From positions 1 to 44,171 of the IMG/VR virus record IMGVR_UViG_3300010214_000004: a stretch of DNA of 44,171 nucleotides; one strand, written 5' to 3'. The notes under the pieces are model-generated. The model was not told the DNA's origin and ran no database searches. It saw nothing but the letters and a program-made list of their open reading frames with translations. This document shows positions 43,541 through 44,171 of the stretch, one piece after another. Position 1 is the stretch's first letter, and each line of letters starts with the position of its first letter. The translations under genes were made by a program, and so were the position numbers. Source of the stretch: a virus. Its lineage: Duplodnaviria > Caudoviricetes.

Positions 43541-43903
43541 TTAGCGATACCAGTAGTCGTTGCCGTCAATATCGACTAGGGTGTAATCCATCTTCAGAGC
43601 GTCATAATCGACGGTCACGCGCAGGTATGACGGGAGGTTGCGCGGCAGGTCGCCGATATCCTCGATCAGTTCATCGAGATACGACTCCATGTAGCTGTCT
43701 GCGATCAGGAGGGCCGGGTACCAATTACCGTCCCATTGGTGGTCGCCGCCTTTGCCGCGAAGGTCGTTCAGTAAGGCTTTCAGTGCGTCCAGTTCGGCAA
43801 GGTCGTCATCGGATTCTAGCGGCTGGTCAGCCTCCAGTTCGTCAACGCGGTCAGTGATATCGGAGACGTCGATCAGGTCGGCGGTCAGGTCAAGTGTCGT
43901 CAT
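43541..43903 (-). CDS. ArdA-like acidic antirestriction (DNA mimic) protein
   Basis: Very Asp/Glu-rich; Y..ELIEDIGDLP..L.SY...DY..L..DY pattern. Confidence 0.7.
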   Translation of the reverse strand: MTTLDLTADLIDVSDITDRVDELEADQPLESDDDLAELDALKALLNDLRGKGGDHQWDGNWYPALLIADSYMESYLDELIEDIGDLPRNLPSYLRVTVDYDALKMDYTLVDIDGNDYWYR

Positions 43904-43954
43904 CGTGGTGTCCTCAGTGTGGGTGGTGTGGGTTAGGTGGCGTGCGGCCAGCGG

Positions 43955-44171
43955 TCAGCCGTGCACACACGGCAGGTAAGCGGCGAGCGCGGCGGGGTAG
44001 TCATATCCTCGACCCCGAACTTCAGACAACCGGCACCGCAAGTTAGCCTCATTCCGAGCCTGTTCCGGGTATGCCAGCAGGGTGCGTGCCGTGCGGTGGT
44101 GTCGCCAGATGTGGCGCTGCAAGCGGCATCCATACGGCTCGGCGCTGCCGCCGTGGTTGTCCTCGTATACC
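43955..44171 (-). CDS. 3' part of the junction-spanning 137-aa protein
   Basis: Ends ...LSEVRGRGYDYPAALAAYLPCVHG*; in frame with 1-252 once the 55-bp overlap is removed. Confidence 0.7.
   Translation of the reverse strand, partial: VYEDNHGGSAEPYGCRLQRHIWRHHRTARTLLAYPEQARNEANLRCRLSEVRGRGYDYPAALAAYLPCVHG
44117..44171. repeat. 55-bp terminal direct repeat, second copy
   Basis: Identical to 1-55. Confidence 0.95.

Noticed and set aside
43933-44133. 66-aa ORF from the track
   Set aside because: Overlaps the better-supported junction-spanning ORF in another frame
1-44171. Stop-codon reassignment or alternative genetic code
   Set aside because: Core genes are full length and densely tiled under code 11, using all three stops

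Overview
Complete, circularly assembled genome (about 44.1 kb; positions 1-55 repeat at 44117-44171) of a high-GC tailed phage with podovirus-type architecture. A Xanthomonadaceae-like host is my inference only. + strand 1-28.1 kb: terminase, portal, scaffold, major capsid, adaptor, a tail nozzle apparently split over three genes, ejection proteins (one of 1814 aa with an embedded GNAT domain), S74 tail fibre and a GH19 endolysin/holin/spanin cassette. Next come a leftward recombination module, a divergent promoter with a small HTH gene, a rightward replication module (SF2 helicase, VRR-NUC, SutA-like protein, SSB, Acb2, DnaB-NTD/DUF3987 helicase fusion) and a leftward early/anti-defence region (Lar-like, permuted GHKL ATPase, ArdA-like). 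I recognised no integrase, CI repressor, DNA polymerase or primase. Most notable: (1) a CCA-ending tRNA-like RNA with a glycine-type acceptor, a non-canonical body and a potentially switchable leader; (2) an MCM-like helicase carrying a host-type DnaB N-terminal domain in place of a primase, with a structured leader and an iteron-like AT-rich origin; (3) a virion-delivered acetyltransferase; (4) an AGGGGTT motif at five or six sigma70 promoters; (5) a probable CTG start for TerL. All family calls are by motif recognition; no database searches were run.
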